From: Dudresnaya verticillata
Lineage: Eukaryota
Length of the DNA stretch: 64,000 bases
Assembly: GCA_977862235.1 (NCBI GenBank)
Contig: OZ374557.1
Location: 1,674,001 to 1,738,000, forward strand
Direction: 5' to 3'
The position numbers and the translations under genes were made by a program. The notes beneath the pieces are model-generated. The model made no database searches and was not told where the DNA came from. It saw only the letters and a program-made list of their open reading frames with translations. Shown in pieces: positions 21,701 through 32,700 of the stretch; within the stretch, counting starts at the first letter, position 1; each line of letters begins with the position of its first letter.

Positions 21701-21927
21701 GAAGAGTAGATGTTCTAATCCGACTTATTGAGAAGGAAAACGAGGAAATTCTCGAGGCCAAAAAGCTAGCGGAGAAGCGAAAGAAGAATGCTGCCAAGCG
21801 ACGTGACTCCTTTACGAATGGGCGCCCAACCCCAGGGCTCGTGCCCAAGAAGAGAAAAGCAGAGCAGTCGCATGTAGATTCTTTCTTTTCATCGAAGCCG
21901 AAACCTCAGAAGGTACCCCGCCCATAA
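18793..21927 (+). CDS. ISWI: ISWI-family SNF2 chromatin-remodelling ATPase
   Basis: ILADEMGLGKT, DEAH, TGTPLQNNL, LSTRAGGLGINL, QAMDRAHRIGQ, then C-terminal HAND-SANT-SLIDE (GFSSW; EDRWL; FRFNWWFKSRT..EL..R). Likely ATG at 18793. Confidence 0.96.
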   Translation: MSAAGATQLGSGSRLPKPPPTMQASNAEIAAEIHRATGNRREFLLAQAPMFKHFIGEDDDSRAGSASGSDAAGPAAPAKKPVRAEKVGKAGKTKKRRLTEKEEDNLMLESAKTGASDPLVQTTRLNEQPRCITGKMRTYQLEGLNFMIGLFERGLNGILADEMGLGKTLQTISLLGFLRQYKGITGPHLVIVPKSTLGNWMNEIKRWCPDIRAVRFHGNQDERKHQASTLVQYGKFDVVVTSYEIVSKEKAHLTKFSWRYLIIDEAHRIKNENSLLSQVVRLFTTQARLLITGTPLQNNLHELWALLNFLLPDVFSSADVFEKWFSSVEAAEGDETAVNDTKQKEIVGQLHAVLRPFLIRRLKHEVEHSLPPKKETVLFTKLSDMQLGLYRNLLKKDIDAINGKGGDRVRLLNILMQLRKCVNHPYLFDGMEDRTLDPFGEHLIQNCAKLGLLDRLLPRLKEGDHRVLIFSQMTRVLDILEDYCTMRKYKFCRIDGGTDGEWRDEQIADYNSEGSDKFIFLLSTRAGGLGINLATADTVVLYDSDWNAQCDLQAMDRAHRIGQRKPVNVYRLITENSVEERILRTAMSKLRLDTLVIQQGRLTQQKKNLQKDELLDMIRFGADKFFKTNASDYAEEDIEVLLSRGEERTKEMKEEIEKKISASGNLDMLDFKLSGDDSKKDKSIFHFEGINYKEKSAAGQQFFLDVGKRVRAKSYDESAYFRDALRQAQNPVPEKKKPRLKYRKEPPLPDHMLYNAVRLRELYAIERQIVDKYNAEAEAAVKEGKDPPELPNTKESLLDAEKEKEREALLAEGFSSWTRRDFQSFFRAIERHGRGNLEKIADDMAETKSPEEVTDYSKAFWERGPSRIESWAKIEKQIQEGEQRIARCQNMEKALQIKIDRYDDPWKELDVVYASNRSKTFMDDEDRWLVCMTNKLGYGRWEDIKLEVRKAWQFRFNWWFKSRTPVELKRRVDVLIRLIEKENEEILEAKKLAEKRKKNAAKRRDSFTNGRPTPGLVPKKRKAEQSHVDSFFSSKPKPQKVPRP

Positions 21928-22095
21928 GATGAAGCTTATTGAAAGTGTAGGGAGGCTTGCGCCAACTGTTTATAAACAAACTTTTACTTCCGTCACTATG
22001 AGGCTCGCAATGACGTCTTGTCAGTTTCAACGCGCATTTTGTTACTCCTCATATGGAAACGATATGCAACAGCCTGGGATGCGGAACTGCGCCAG

Positions 22096-23085
22096 TCAAT
22101 GAGCCTCGAGGTCGATTTGCTTGCTGTGTACTTCAGCATGATAATCGGGGAGAGACTCCAGGACATCACGCAAGTCTTGCGGCACAGAGGCTTCTATTTC
22201 TATCTGGTCACGCGAGACTGGGTCTTGAAAAGCTACCCGACGAGAATGTAGGCAACACCGATTAACTCCGAATCGTTCTCTGGCCATTCGATTCTGTTCA
22301 CCCTTCCCATGCGATGTGTCCCCAACAACAGGATACCGAGAATTGCTCAAGTGGCGGCGGATCTGATGTCGCCTCCCAGTCGCAATCCGTGCGCGAACAA
22401 CAGAAAGGTCCGACTGATTCAACCGGAGAAGCTGTTCAAACGCAGAGTACGCTGGCCGCTGCTTTCGATTCTTCCCAGTCAGGTCACGAAGTGGATGTTC
22501 GTTGACCCACTTCTCCGGCATGTCCGATCCAAAAGTAAGGGCCCAGTACTCCTTGCGAGACTCAGCAGATTGAAGAACGTTCTGCAAGGTTGACGCGTTT
22601 TGCGAGTTCTCCAACGCGAACAGAATTACTCCACTTGTAGGACGATCTAGGCGTTGCACCGGGAGTATCTTCACTGGTCTTCCAAGTCTCTGCTCCACCT
22701 CGTGTGCGACTTCATCCACTAGGAACTTTTCCCCTGGCTCCGTGTGGTATAGCTTCGTCCGATGAACAAGGATACCTGACGCTTTGTTCACTGCTACCCA
22801 AGTGTCTGACAAGGCCAGTAGTTGTACCCTTGCGTCTTCATGCCCGGGTTGTGCCTCGCCGCTCCTTGAAGAACTTGTATCGAGTGCTGTTGCGCAAGAG
22901 CTGATGCATTGTCTTCTATCATGGAGTCGAACTCGTTGTCGAACACATTGTCGGCGGTTGTCTAAAGGCTGAAGAAAGCCTTGCTTTGACGCGCCCAGAT
23001 CCCACGAAGGCGTGCTTTGGGCAAAAGCGCATTTCCCTGTGCAGCATCTCATAGTCCTGCAAAACCGCGGATGTGTCGAAAGCAT
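22096..23085 (-). CDS. RluA/TruC-family RNA pseudouridine synthase, probably organelle-targeted
   Basis: VNKASGILVH, catalytic RLDRPTSG, TGRRHQIRRH, PVVGD, and LHS. Confidence 0.92.
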   Translation of the reverse strand: MLSTHPRFCRTMRCCTGKCAFAQSTPSWDLGASKQGFLQPLDNRRQCVRQRVRLHDRRQCISSCATALDTSSSRSGEAQPGHEDARVQLLALSDTWVAVNKASGILVHRTKLYHTEPGEKFLVDEVAHEVEQRLGRPVKILPVQRLDRPTSGVILFALENSQNASTLQNVLQSAESRKEYWALTFGSDMPEKWVNEHPLRDLTGKNRKQRPAYSAFEQLLRLNQSDLSVVRARIATGRRHQIRRHLSNSRYPVVGDTSHGKGEQNRMARERFGVNRCCLHSRRVAFQDPVSRDQIEIEASVPQDLRDVLESLPDYHAEVHSKQIDLEAH

Positions 23086-24603
23086 CCTTATTCACTGCGA
23101 GAGTGTTTCGGTAACATCTCAGCGAGATCGAGCAGTGCAGTTGGTGAGATATGGAATTTCATAGCTTCGCATTGCACGCGCATGCCCTTTTTGCCTTCAG
23201 ATTTTTGATCCGCTACCTCGGAGGCTCAGACATCTTCCCACATATTTGATTTTGCAGAAATGTACAGTAGGAGAGTGGAAGGCTTGGTTGTAGAAATGTG
23301 TTTTACCTTGATGAAAAGACATTACCCCGGTACTTGCCGATGCTCTCCTATTCACTAAACTACGGACAACAGGCTCACTTAAGTACCACACAAGATAACT
23401 ACTGCAATGCAATGCTAGCCACTTTTGTCCTAGCATATCGTACCGCTATTATTGTATACAACTATATGTGCGCTAGTGGTCCACAAAGGATCCCCTTGCA
23501 TCCGAGAAGGAGTAAGTCTCGTTCAAACAACGCCGATTAGCGCAGTGTGCGCCAATCTCAAATCTCTGTGAATGAGGGCTGCTCAATAGCAACACTCTTT
23601 GCAACGCAATTATTCTATGTCTTGCAATCAGGGAGTACAGCCTGTGCAAGCCCTGCTTGAAATCCGCTTCTATCCAAGTAACAAGGAGTTCATTAAAGAT
23701 CAAGGCTAGTAAGTAGGTATTTATTTTTCAGCTTCCGTCCCATCCATCAGTACGACTCATGGTCATGTTTGTGTCTTCTTTCAAGAACCAGCAATTAGAA
23801 ATGAGCCTCAAGTCGCTATTCGACTAGTCTTTGGGGATGAACGAGTGGCAGACAAGTGAGCACAGAGCTGCTCGTCAATTTCGTACGCAGTAAAGTCTCC
23901 CCAGTTTTCCACATCAAGTCTGATTAGCCACCAAGTCATTCTACCTTCTCTCAAGTATGCAGCTTTTTCCTTTACGCAGTTTCATCCGAATGTGTAAATT
24001 TCGCAGTCGCCACATTCTTTAAATTGTGCAGGCATAGCAACCCCTGAAAGTTGTCATTCTTTTGAAGTGTATACACGGTGATTTTCTTAGTTGCCTAGTT
24101 TTCTTTGCTGCAACTTCGCGCGAAGGTTTGCAGGCAGCGTCTGCTGGGCACCTATTTTTTTTCATGTGTGCAGATGTCACAGATCACGAGGGTGTTGTTA
24201 AGCAACACACGGACATAGCCGTTTCGTATTTTGCGTGGACATGTGGCAATGCGTCTTATCAAGATCGCCGGGCGATACTGAAAAACATTTCGATTTCTCT
24301 CCCTTTGTTTCCAAGGAACCGGGTAGAGATGATCCCGAGGATTCGCTTGAGGGTAATTGGAAGCATTCGGTGCATGCTAGGCGTAGCACCAGTACTTGGC
24401 AGGAGTTGACGACGTGGAAAGATTTCGGAGCACACACATAGTTGTATCTTGCACACGCGGATGAGCTTTTTGAAGTTCAGCACAAGGAAAAAGAAAAGCA
24501 GTGGGATGAGTGGAGCGATACAGACAAAAGTATTGGAGAGAAGAGAACGTTAGCTTTTCCGGAGAACAATGTCCGTGTTATGTTTCTTCAATAACTGTGC
24601 CTC

Positions 24604-25314
24604 TTACCATGACTCTCCGGTATGTGTGTTGACGATGAAATTCCCTCTCAGGAAGGGAGGCCGCTCCCCATTCAAAGCAGCTTTGAATTTCTTTTCAGCT
24701 TCTGTTAACCTGGTTTCATCGAGGGTGTTTTCAAGCGCTTCCGTAGCTACATCGCCGTGATTAGGCCCCGATTTCTGGATCCTCTCCACAGCCTCAAGTG
24801 CAGTAACGGGGAGGCCCTTTTGGTTGGCCTGGCCCTGAACGGAATGGTCAACAAACGGTATCTCGATGTGTGCCCGGGGATTCTTCATCGAGCCTCTGAG
24901 CGCGACAACGTCAGTCTTGCTTAAAAGAAGGTGAGCTTGTGCTTCATTCTGCAGAGCCGCCATTCGTGAAGACAACAGGGCAACGCACGCGAAAACTAGA
25001 AGGCATACCACAGCCGGGCGTGCAGCACGGTTGGGAGTTCGCGAGAGGATGAGCATGTTGACTAGAGAGGACACGAATGCGGTCAGCGCGAGCGCAAACC
25101 CAATGGCACTGAATTGAGACGTGAGGTTTAGGGCGGCGAGGAAGAGGGTGACAGAGGCAATAGGTAGATCCGGGGAGTAGCTCAAGCTGCGCGATTTGGT
25201 GTCGCCGACATGTAGAGCAAGCGCGTTTGGGATGTTACTGATGCTGTCGATCGAAATGGAGTTTAGCATCGTCGAGCCTTGGTGTTGCAGCGTCATTCTC
25301 TTTGAGTCTTGCAT
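24604..25314 (-). CDS. Hypothetical membrane protein (2-3 TM segments)
   Basis: 236-aa ATG ORF in a lower-GC region with hydrophobic stretches and no recognisable family motif. Confidence 0.5.
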   Translation of the reverse strand: MQDSKRMTLQHQGSTMLNSISIDSISNIPNALALHVGDTKSRSLSYSPDLPIASVTLFLAALNLTSQFSAIGFALALTAFVSSLVNMLILSRTPNRAARPAVVCLLVFACVALLSSRMAALQNEAQAHLLLSKTDVVALRGSMKNPRAHIEIPFVDHSVQGQANQKGLPVTALEAVERIQKSGPNHGDVATEALENTLDETRLTEAEKKFKAALNGERPPFLRGNFIVNTHTGESW

Positions 25315-26587
25315 GGCGAGTGCTTCAAAGTTGGTGCAGGTGAACTTGTGTTTGATTGTTTGTGATGAGTGGTGGGTAAACTGTTGTTCGAGGTTGGGGA
25401 AGTTGGAGGCTGGGAGTTCAGGAGAGCAGTATTTGTAGAGTCGCGTTGAAACAGAGTCTCTGCTACAGGGTTAGCCCTAGGCCACAGGACGAGATATGAA
25501 TTGTAAAAGTAGAGGCTTGCCCCTCAAGAAGCGCATATGGCTTCACACACTGGGAATTGTTGATTAATCGTTCGGAGAGATCAAACGTTTTGGTGTCAGT
25601 TCAATGGCACCTTTTTTGTAAGTATGTCAATCCTCACTTGCATAAATTGAGAGAACCCTTCCGCAGCCGCTCTTACGCTAGGATGAGCCGACCTCGAGGG
25701 CAAGGAAACCCGTCGATTCAGTTGCGCTTAAAAATGCTCCTAACCCCAGTTGTTCTGCTAGCTGAATTGTCTCTGAGATACACTGAAAACCTTCTGACAA
25801 ACATAAAGCTGTTTCCTATATGCCAACCCAGCTGCTTCGTTCATGTACTTCTATTGCTGTGTTACCTCGTTTCCGAGATTGATTTGCTCTTTCTTTTCTC
25901 GCATTGAGCATATTAGTAGTACTAGTATACTTGCAAGCCTTTGCTTGAAGGCCGGTAAACTGCTGCTGTGTAGGGGAGTTTATGCTTTGCGTCTTTTTTT
26001 CTTCATTGAGGTTTTGCTTTAAACCTCTGTATTATTTGGGTCATTACAGAGGTGAACACGAGTAGACGGAGGTGCGGTGAGAGCACACTCTAACCGTAGC
26101 AATAAGAAGTACTGCAAAAGGGAGAGCAACACATCTTGCTCGTTGTGGAGGCTCGAGAACTATGACAACAAGCTTTCGAGGGCAGAAAAGGCAGCGGAGG
26201 GAGCCTGAATATCCATTGCTGGGAGGTGGCGGTTGGCACACTGCAATGGGTCAATCGAAGCCTGATTGCTGGACGAGAAAATTAGTCGGCAAATCGTTGC
26301 TCTTGCTGGCGGTGGCACCACCACAACAGTCTGAAACCGCGAACAGACCCAATGATGTTGTCACGAGTGGCCACCATTGCGCGGATCTTCCTCGGACACA
26401 CGTCCTCGCTCGCCTCGCCTGCAATGACTCTCTCATTTCTCCAAACACCATAGTTGCTCTCTCAGCAAAATACCAGCCGCTACTGCACCGGGGTGAGCAG
26501 GACTGCATATCGCTGACGAGGTCGCTTGATCGGCGAGGCCTAGACAACCGTCCAGTTGCACCTGCGGCACCTGGCAGCCATAGCGAT

Positions 26588-27545
26588 ATGTCTGCAACAC
26601 CTGCGTTTTCAATGGGCGTTGTTCCCGACAACATCTGGATATTCGGCTACGGCTCGCTGATATGGAAGCACGCCGACGTGCCGCACACAGAGTCCAAGCT
26701 ATGTTTTGTTCGCGGATACAAGCGCCGCTTCTGGCAGGGCAGCACGGACCATCGCGGCACTGTCGCCGCGCCGGGCAGGGTGGTTAGCCTGTACACACCG
26801 AGCGATTTTGAGAAGATGGGCGCGGCGCAGAAAGACCGCGTTGAGCTTGGCGAGCACTACGCTGAGCCTTGGCAAGTGTACGGTATGGCGTTCAAAGTTA
26901 CAAAAGAGCATCGCGACAAGGTACGTCTTGCTAGTGTGTTTTTCTGTTTGGCTCAGTGCGCAGGCTCGCTCCTTGCTCGTTTCTATGTCCATTCTCCCAA
27001 GGAGTTGTTCGCACTTGCACTCTCCATGATTTTCTTTCTTTTGTTGCATTGCTGCGTTTTGGGTGGTGTATCTTGTTACTGCGTTTTACTTTTGACTAAC
27101 TTTATCATGGGAACTGCTGGATGAACGCGTTGTTATTGTGCTCCTATAATGCCAACTCCCAAAAACTATCTACGTGGTGTAAAAAATACTATGCTGGTCT
27201 CTCCTTCTTCTTCTGTCAACTGTGATACAGGTAATCGAGTCTCTCACGATCCGTGAAGTAGACGGATATCAACCTGTATGGCTTCCACTGTATACGGATG
27301 AGGGTCCCAAGCTTCCAGCCAAGGTCTGTGTTGAAAAGGCTCTAACATATGTAGCCCCTTGTACAAATCCGAGGTTCCTCGGCTTCGCAACACATCGGCA
27401 AATCGCTGCGCACGTCTCTGAGACGAGCGGCAACTCCGGCCCGAACATAGATTACATTAGAAACCTTCGTGATGCCCTGGTTCAGCTTGGTCACCCAGAC
27501 CACCATGTATCGTCGATAGTTGACATTGCCTTATCGGCCGTGTAG
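26588..27545 (+). CDS. ChaC-family glutathione-specific gamma-glutamylcyclotransferase; intron 26921..27230
   Basis: WIFGYGSLIWK, RRFWQGSTDHRGT..PGRVV. GTACGT...CAG splicing joins to LTIREVDGY (catalytic Glu) and SGNSGPNIDY. Confidence 0.93.
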
Positions 27546-27869
27546 GTAGTAGATTTAGGGTTTAGGGCTTCCAATGCCAAAGATAACGAGTTGCAGAGAG
27601 CTGTTTGTTTGGTAGCGCTGGCTGCCAAACGACAACAATAGTGCATCGAAACAAAGCACAAGCGTACTTGCACGTATCATAACGGGACTATGTGCACAGG
27701 CAAGAGTAAGACACATAACAAAGAAAAGAAGACGCACTCGATGGGGAGGATGAGGAGGAAGGGGAAACAAAACGAAAAGAAAGGGGAGGAGAAAGTTGCG
27801 TGCGTAGGAGGGGTGCGTGTGCTTTGTGTACAAATGCTTTTTGTGTCGCTGTCGTCGTTAAACACCCGC

Positions 27870-29231
27870 TTAGACGCCACTTTGTCCCTTCTCGTTGGTA
27901 AACTCGATATGTTTTGCAACATTGTCCTGGCCGACCGATGGCTTTGTGCTCTCCAGAGCAGCGAAAAAGTCGTCCCTGTTGACGACCGGGACCTGGAGTT
28001 CATCGGGGTTGACGGCCATGAGCGACATTTCCTTTGTACTTGGATCCGGATCGCCACTGGAGCACGGGGTGAGCTTGCGGACCGGGGGCTTTCCTTCCTC
28101 TTCGACCATGACATACTTGAAAAACGTTGCATTCTGCAAGGTACGGACGGGCTGCATAATAGCGTCGCGTACGAGAATGCCGATATCGGCGCCGGAGTAG
28201 CCCTCGGTGGCGAGGGCGAGCTCCTCAAAGTCGTCGTCGGTGAGGTTGGTAGGGGTGTTGCCAATGTGGATGCGGAACATTTTGGAGCGAGCGTGCACCT
28301 CCGGGAGCGGGATGTAGACGCGGCGCTCCATGCGGCGCAGCAGGGCGTCGTCGAGCCCCCACGGGATGTTGGTGGCGCCCAGGAGCAGGACGCCGTCGGT
28401 GGCCTTGCCGACGCCGTCCATCTGGACGAGAAACTCTGTCTTGATGCGGCGCGAGCTCTCCGACTCATTGTCGCTGCGGCTCGACACCAGCGCGTCAATC
28501 TCGTCGATGAAGATGATGGCCTTGCCCGACTTGCGGGCCATGGCGAAGAGCTCCTTGACGAGCTTTTCCGACTCGCCCTGCCACTTGGACACGAGGTCGC
28601 TGGACGAGACCGAGAAGAAGGTGGCGTCCGCCTCGGTGGCGACGGCCTTTGCCAGATAACTCTTTCCCGTGCCCGGCGGGCCGTACAGCAAAATGCCCTT
28701 CCACGGCTTGCGCTTGCCCACAAACATCTGCGGAAACTTTTGCGGCAGAATGACAGCCTCCTTCAGGGCCTCCTTTGCGCCCTCGAGGCCGGCGACGTCT
28801 TCCCACTTGACGTTGGGCTTCTCCGTGAGCACGGCGGCGCCGAGCTGGTTTTGCAGCTTTTCCTCCTCGTTCTCCTGCGCCTTCTTGTCCTTCGACTTGG
28901 CGGGGGCCGCGCCACCGCCGGCGCTGCCAGACGGCCCGTCGGCGCCGTCCGACGGGGCGTTCTTCTGGGCGTCCTCGTACTTGTCCAGCCAGTCCTTCAT
29001 GACCATGGCGCGGTCCAGATAGCTGTTGATCTTGCCGCGCAGCACCTCCTTGGTGCGATCATTCTTCTCGTACTTCAAGGCGGTGAAGTAGTAGTCGATG
29101 GCGCGCTGGTAGCTGTTCTTCGCATTGTCGTACTTTTCCGGATCGTCCGACTTGCACGCGTCGCGGTCATAGTCGATGGCCTTTTGCGCGTGCACCACAC
29201 CCTGTTCGATAAACGAGCGCGTGTCGCCCAT
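27870..29231 (-). CDS. VPS4: VPS4 AAA ATPase (ESCRT-III disassembly)
   Basis: N-terminal MIT domain (ALKYEKN), KPNVKWEDVAGL, GPPGTGKS, pore loop SKWQGESEK, IDEID, ATNIPW, and the Vps4_C motif TPCSSGDP. Confidence 0.96.
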   Translation of the reverse strand: MGDTRSFIEQGVVHAQKAIDYDRDACKSDDPEKYDNAKNSYQRAIDYYFTALKYEKNDRTKEVLRGKINSYLDRAMVMKDWLDKYEDAQKNAPSDGADGPSGSAGGGAAPAKSKDKKAQENEEEKLQNQLGAAVLTEKPNVKWEDVAGLEGAKEALKEAVILPQKFPQMFVGKRKPWKGILLYGPPGTGKSYLAKAVATEADATFFSVSSSDLVSKWQGESEKLVKELFAMARKSGKAIIFIDEIDALVSSRSDNESESSRRIKTEFLVQMDGVGKATDGVLLLGATNIPWGLDDALLRRMERRVYIPLPEVHARSKMFRIHIGNTPTNLTDDDFEELALATEGYSGADIGILVRDAIMQPVRTLQNATFFKYVMVEEEGKPPVRKLTPCSSGDPDPSTKEMSLMAVNPDELQVPVVNRDDFFAALESTKPSVGQDNVAKHIEFTNEKGQSGV

Positions 29232-30498
29232 TGTTCCTGTGTGTGTGTGTGTGTGTGTCACTCTCTCTCCTTCTTCGTTTCGTCTCGTCTGCAGGGGTAC
29301 GTACGTATGTGCGTGTGTGCGTGCGTGCGTTCTCCTGCTGCTCCTCCGGCACGCTACTCGGCGCTGCTCTTCAAGCTTCGGCGGCGAGGCAACAACGACT
29401 ATGGCGGAGGCAACAACGGGCTCAGCGGCGGCAGCGAGGGCAACGCGAACAAAACCCGGCAAGCAGACAGCGCCTGAGCTTATATACCACTCCCACTCGG
29501 CGCGCAGGAGCCGCGCAAGTCACGTGCGACAGCGTGCGCAAGGGCGGGTCGCGGCGGGGAGGCGGCGCGGCGCGGCGCGGCGTGCTGGCGAGCGAGCGTA
29601 CGAGGGTGGGTTCGGTGCGTGGGTGGGTGGGTGCGTGCGTGCGTGCTTGTTGGCGGCGGTGCGGCAAGGACCGTTCGCGCGCCGCCGCGAGTGAAGGCAC
29701 ACCGCATATGGTCGGCGCGGAAAAGCGGCCGCTGCGCGCGGAATTGGCTCCACGCGCGCGCGCGCGGCCACACGGCGGGTCCAGCAATGCGGCGCGCGCG
29801 GCCGCCTTGGCGCGGGCGGTGCGTGTGTGCGACGGGTTGGACGGCGCGCGCCGATTCGGCGCATTGCTGCAGCGGCGGCCGCGGCGGCGTCTGGCACTGC
29901 TGGCGCGGGGCGGCGGCACAACAGCCGCAGCCCGACGGTTGGTGTTATGGAGGCACCACCGGCACACCGGCAGCGCGCGCGCGCGCAGCTGCGCCGCTCG
30001 TCCGCGTCCACGTCGGCGTCCACGCGCGGCTGCCTGTTGTAAAGACTGTTGCGACCGCGGCGACTCGCCGCACGCGCAAAGCCCGGCACGGCCGGCCGCG
30101 CGGGGGGGTAACATTAGTGGGTGTGCGTGGGCCCACCGGGCGGCCGCGCCGCGCGCGCGTGCGGCTGTTGCTGGTTGTGCTGCGTGCCGGGACGGGGCGC
30201 GCTTCAACCGCGCGCATTGCTGCCCCCGTCGCAACCAATTTCGCCGCCGCGGGCGGTGACGCGTGTGCGTGCGTCATTGCGTTAGGCGCTTGCGCATATA
30301 TTATGTGTTTAGTGTGTGCTCACTATCGACTTGTTGTTGCAGTTACAGTACATGCCGTCCGCGAGAACGCGCGGCTACAAAGAAAAGAATGGACACGACG
30401 GCGTCGCCGCGGCAGAGTGAGTGTTCTTGTCCGAGCTCGAGCTCGAGCGCAAACAATAACGGCAACAACAACAAAAAGAGGCCCCAGCGGCACCAGCA

Positions 30499-32439
30499 TC
30501 ACCACTGCTCGCCAACCTCACCCTCCTCGTCGTAGTCATCCTCCGCGCCGCGCATCCCAAACCGCCTCGTAAACTCCTCGTGCCGCCCGACCATCTCCTC
30601 CGCAACGCTCGGCTTCGTATCCAAAAGCGCCATCTCAAAGTCGAGACACTCCACGGGCAGCGCGCGCACCTCTCCGGGCACGTCGTGCACCCTCATTTCC
30701 ACGGCGCCCTTGCTCTCCTTTGCGCACGGCCGGAACACCACCTTGCGCTCGCCCTCCTCCACCACGCGCACGCGTCGAAAGTACGTCGCCGAGCGCAGCG
30801 CGCGCACGGGCTCCAGCACGGCGTCGCGCACGACGCGCTGCACGTCCGCGCCCGAGTACCCGTGCAGCTCGCGCGCCATGTCCACGGCCTCCTGCAGCGT
30901 CACGTTGTGCTCGCACACCTGCAGCAGCCGCTGCACGAGCTGCGCGCGCGCGTCGCGTCCGGGCAGCCCCACGTGCACGCGCCGCTCCATGCGCGACACA
31001 AACGCAGAGTCGAGCGTCCAGGGCGCGCGCGTCGCCGCAACCACCACCACCCCGTCGCCGCCCGCGCCGCGCACGAGCCGCCCCAGCTCGCGCAGCACCG
31101 CGGCTTTGGCGCGCGCCAGCGCCACGTTGCCGACCCCGACCTCTTCGCCAAAGAGCAGCTCGGCGTCGCGTAGGAACAGCACCACGCGCCCGTGCGCGCG
31201 GGCCGACGCAAACAGCGCAGACACCTTGCGCTCGGCGCGCGCCGCGTCGGAATGCGTCAAGTCTGCCAGCGCCACGCGCACGAGCGCGTGGCGCGCCTCG
31301 CGCGCCGCGGCCGCGGCGAGCAAGCTCTTTCCGACGCCCGGCGGGCCGTACAGCAGCACGGTGCGCCAGCGCCGACGCCGCGTGCCGCCAAACACCGGCG
31401 GCAGCAGCGGCGCCGGTGGCTCGTCCGCGGGCGAGTCGGCCAGCTCCACGGCCTCGCGCAGCACGTCCTTCGCGATGGACAGCCCCGCCACGTCGTCCCA
31501 GCGCGGCGCGCACTCAGCCTCTGCTGCTGCTGCGTCTGGCAAATACGCGTCTGGCGGCGGCGGGCTTTTTGAGGCGGATGGCGACGCGCGCAGGCGGCGC
31601 AGCTGCTCGTGCGCGGACGGCGGCTCGGCGTCTTGGTCGTGGCGAGGGCCGTGGTCGTCGTGGTCGTGGTCGTGGTCGTGGTGGTCATCATCATGACCAT
31701 CATCATGACCATCATCATCATCATCATCATCATCATCTTGTTTGCGGACGTTGTGGCTGTGCTTTTTGTGGTGGCGGTCGTAGTCGTGGGCGTGGTGATG
31801 GTCGTCGCGGCGGGCGGGGGGATTGGCGACGGCGACAGCCGCGGCGGCGGCGGCAGCGGCGGTGGCAGCGGCAGCGGCAGCGGCAGCGGCGGCGGTGGGG
31901 TCGACCTCGACCTCGACGGGAGCAGCGACAGGAGCGGCAACAGGCGCATTGTGCGGCGTGGGCGGGTCTGGGCCGACAGCCGGCGCGGGGGCCGCGGGGG
32001 GGCGGTGGTGGTGGCCGTCTGCAGCGGCGTGCTTGGCATCCGCAAGCGCGAGCGACGCGACGAGCTGCGCCTCGAACTCGTCCTCAAAGGCGTCGTCGGC
32101 GGGGTCTGCCGCGTGTGCCAGGCGCGCGCGCGACGCCGGGCGGTCGCGCAGGTACGCGTCCAGCCACGCGCGCAGCACGCGGCAGCGCGCGCGGTACGCC
32201 GCGATCTTGGCGCGCAGACGCGCCTGCACCGGCGGCGCGTCCGGCGACGCGGCCACCGCGGCCTCGTACTGGTCCACCGCGGCCGCGTAGTTGCCCAGCG
32301 CGCTCCGGTACGCGCGCGGGTTGTTCGCCGCGCACGCGTCGCGGTCGCACCGGATGGCGTAGTTTGCGTACGCGATGCCGCGCTCGATCAGCTCGGACGG
32401 CGACGGCGGCGCCGGCGCCGGCGCCGGCGGCGGCTGCAT
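30499..32439 (-). CDS. Divergent VPS4-like paralog (MIT, low-complexity linker, AAA with degenerate Walker B)
   Basis: MIT homologous to the neighbouring VPS4 (LIERGI..A..AI..DRDAC), [21 protein letters not shown] in place of FIDEID, GYSGADV, and TKPSV. Likely ATG at 32439. Confidence 0.85.
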   Translation of the reverse strand: MQPPPAPAPAPPSPSELIERGIAYANYAIRCDRDACAANNPRAYRSALGNYAAAVDQYEAAVAASPDAPPVQARLRAKIAAYRARCRVLRAWLDAYLRDRPASRARLAHAADPADDAFEDEFEAQLVASLALADAKHAAADGHHHRPPAAPAPAVGPDPPTPHNAPVAAPVAAPVEVEVDPTAAAAAAAAAATAAAAAAAAVAVANPPARRDDHHHAHDYDRHHKKHSHNVRKQDDDDDDDDDGHDDGHDDDHHDHDHDHDDHGPRHDQDAEPPSAHEQLRRLRASPSASKSPPPPDAYLPDAAAAEAECAPRWDDVAGLSIAKDVLREAVELADSPADEPPAPLLPPVFGGTRRRRWRTVLLYGPPGVGKSLLAAAAAREARHALVRVALADLTHSDAARAERKVSALFASARAHGRVVLFLRDAELLFGEEVGVGNVALARAKAAVLRELGRLVRGAGGDGVVVVAATRAPWTLDSAFVSRMERRVHVGLPGRDARAQLVQRLLQVCEHNVTLQEAVDMARELHGYSGADVQRVVRDAVLEPVRALRSATYFRRVRVVEEGERKVVFRPCAKESKGAVEMRVHDVPGEVRALPVECLDFEMALLDTKPSVAEEMVGRHEEFTRRFGMRGAEDDYDEEGEVGEQW

Positions 32440-32662
32440 GGCGGGCAAGCGCGCGGCGGGGCGGGGCGCGGCGCTGGTCAGTGGCGCGAGCCGCGCGGCA
32501 TTTCGCGCGCGCGCGCCGGCGGCGGCTGGCGGGCGGCGGCGGCGTCGCGACTCCGGGTGCGTGGGCGCGCGGCTTGTCGACTGCGTGGGTCGGCGGGGGC
32601 GGGGGCGGGGGCGGGGGCGGGGGCGGGGGCGGAGGTGGGACGGCGCGGCGCGCGGGACGGGT

Positions 32663-32700
32663 GGATGGATGGATGGATGGATGGATGGATGGATGGATGG
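32663..32700. repeat. (GGAT)n microsatellite, preceded by a (GGGGGC)n run at ~32595-32632
   Basis: Tandem units directly visible. Confidence 0.9.

Noticed and set aside
27690..29477. 595-aa plus-strand ORF
   Set aside because: Antisense shadow of VPS4.
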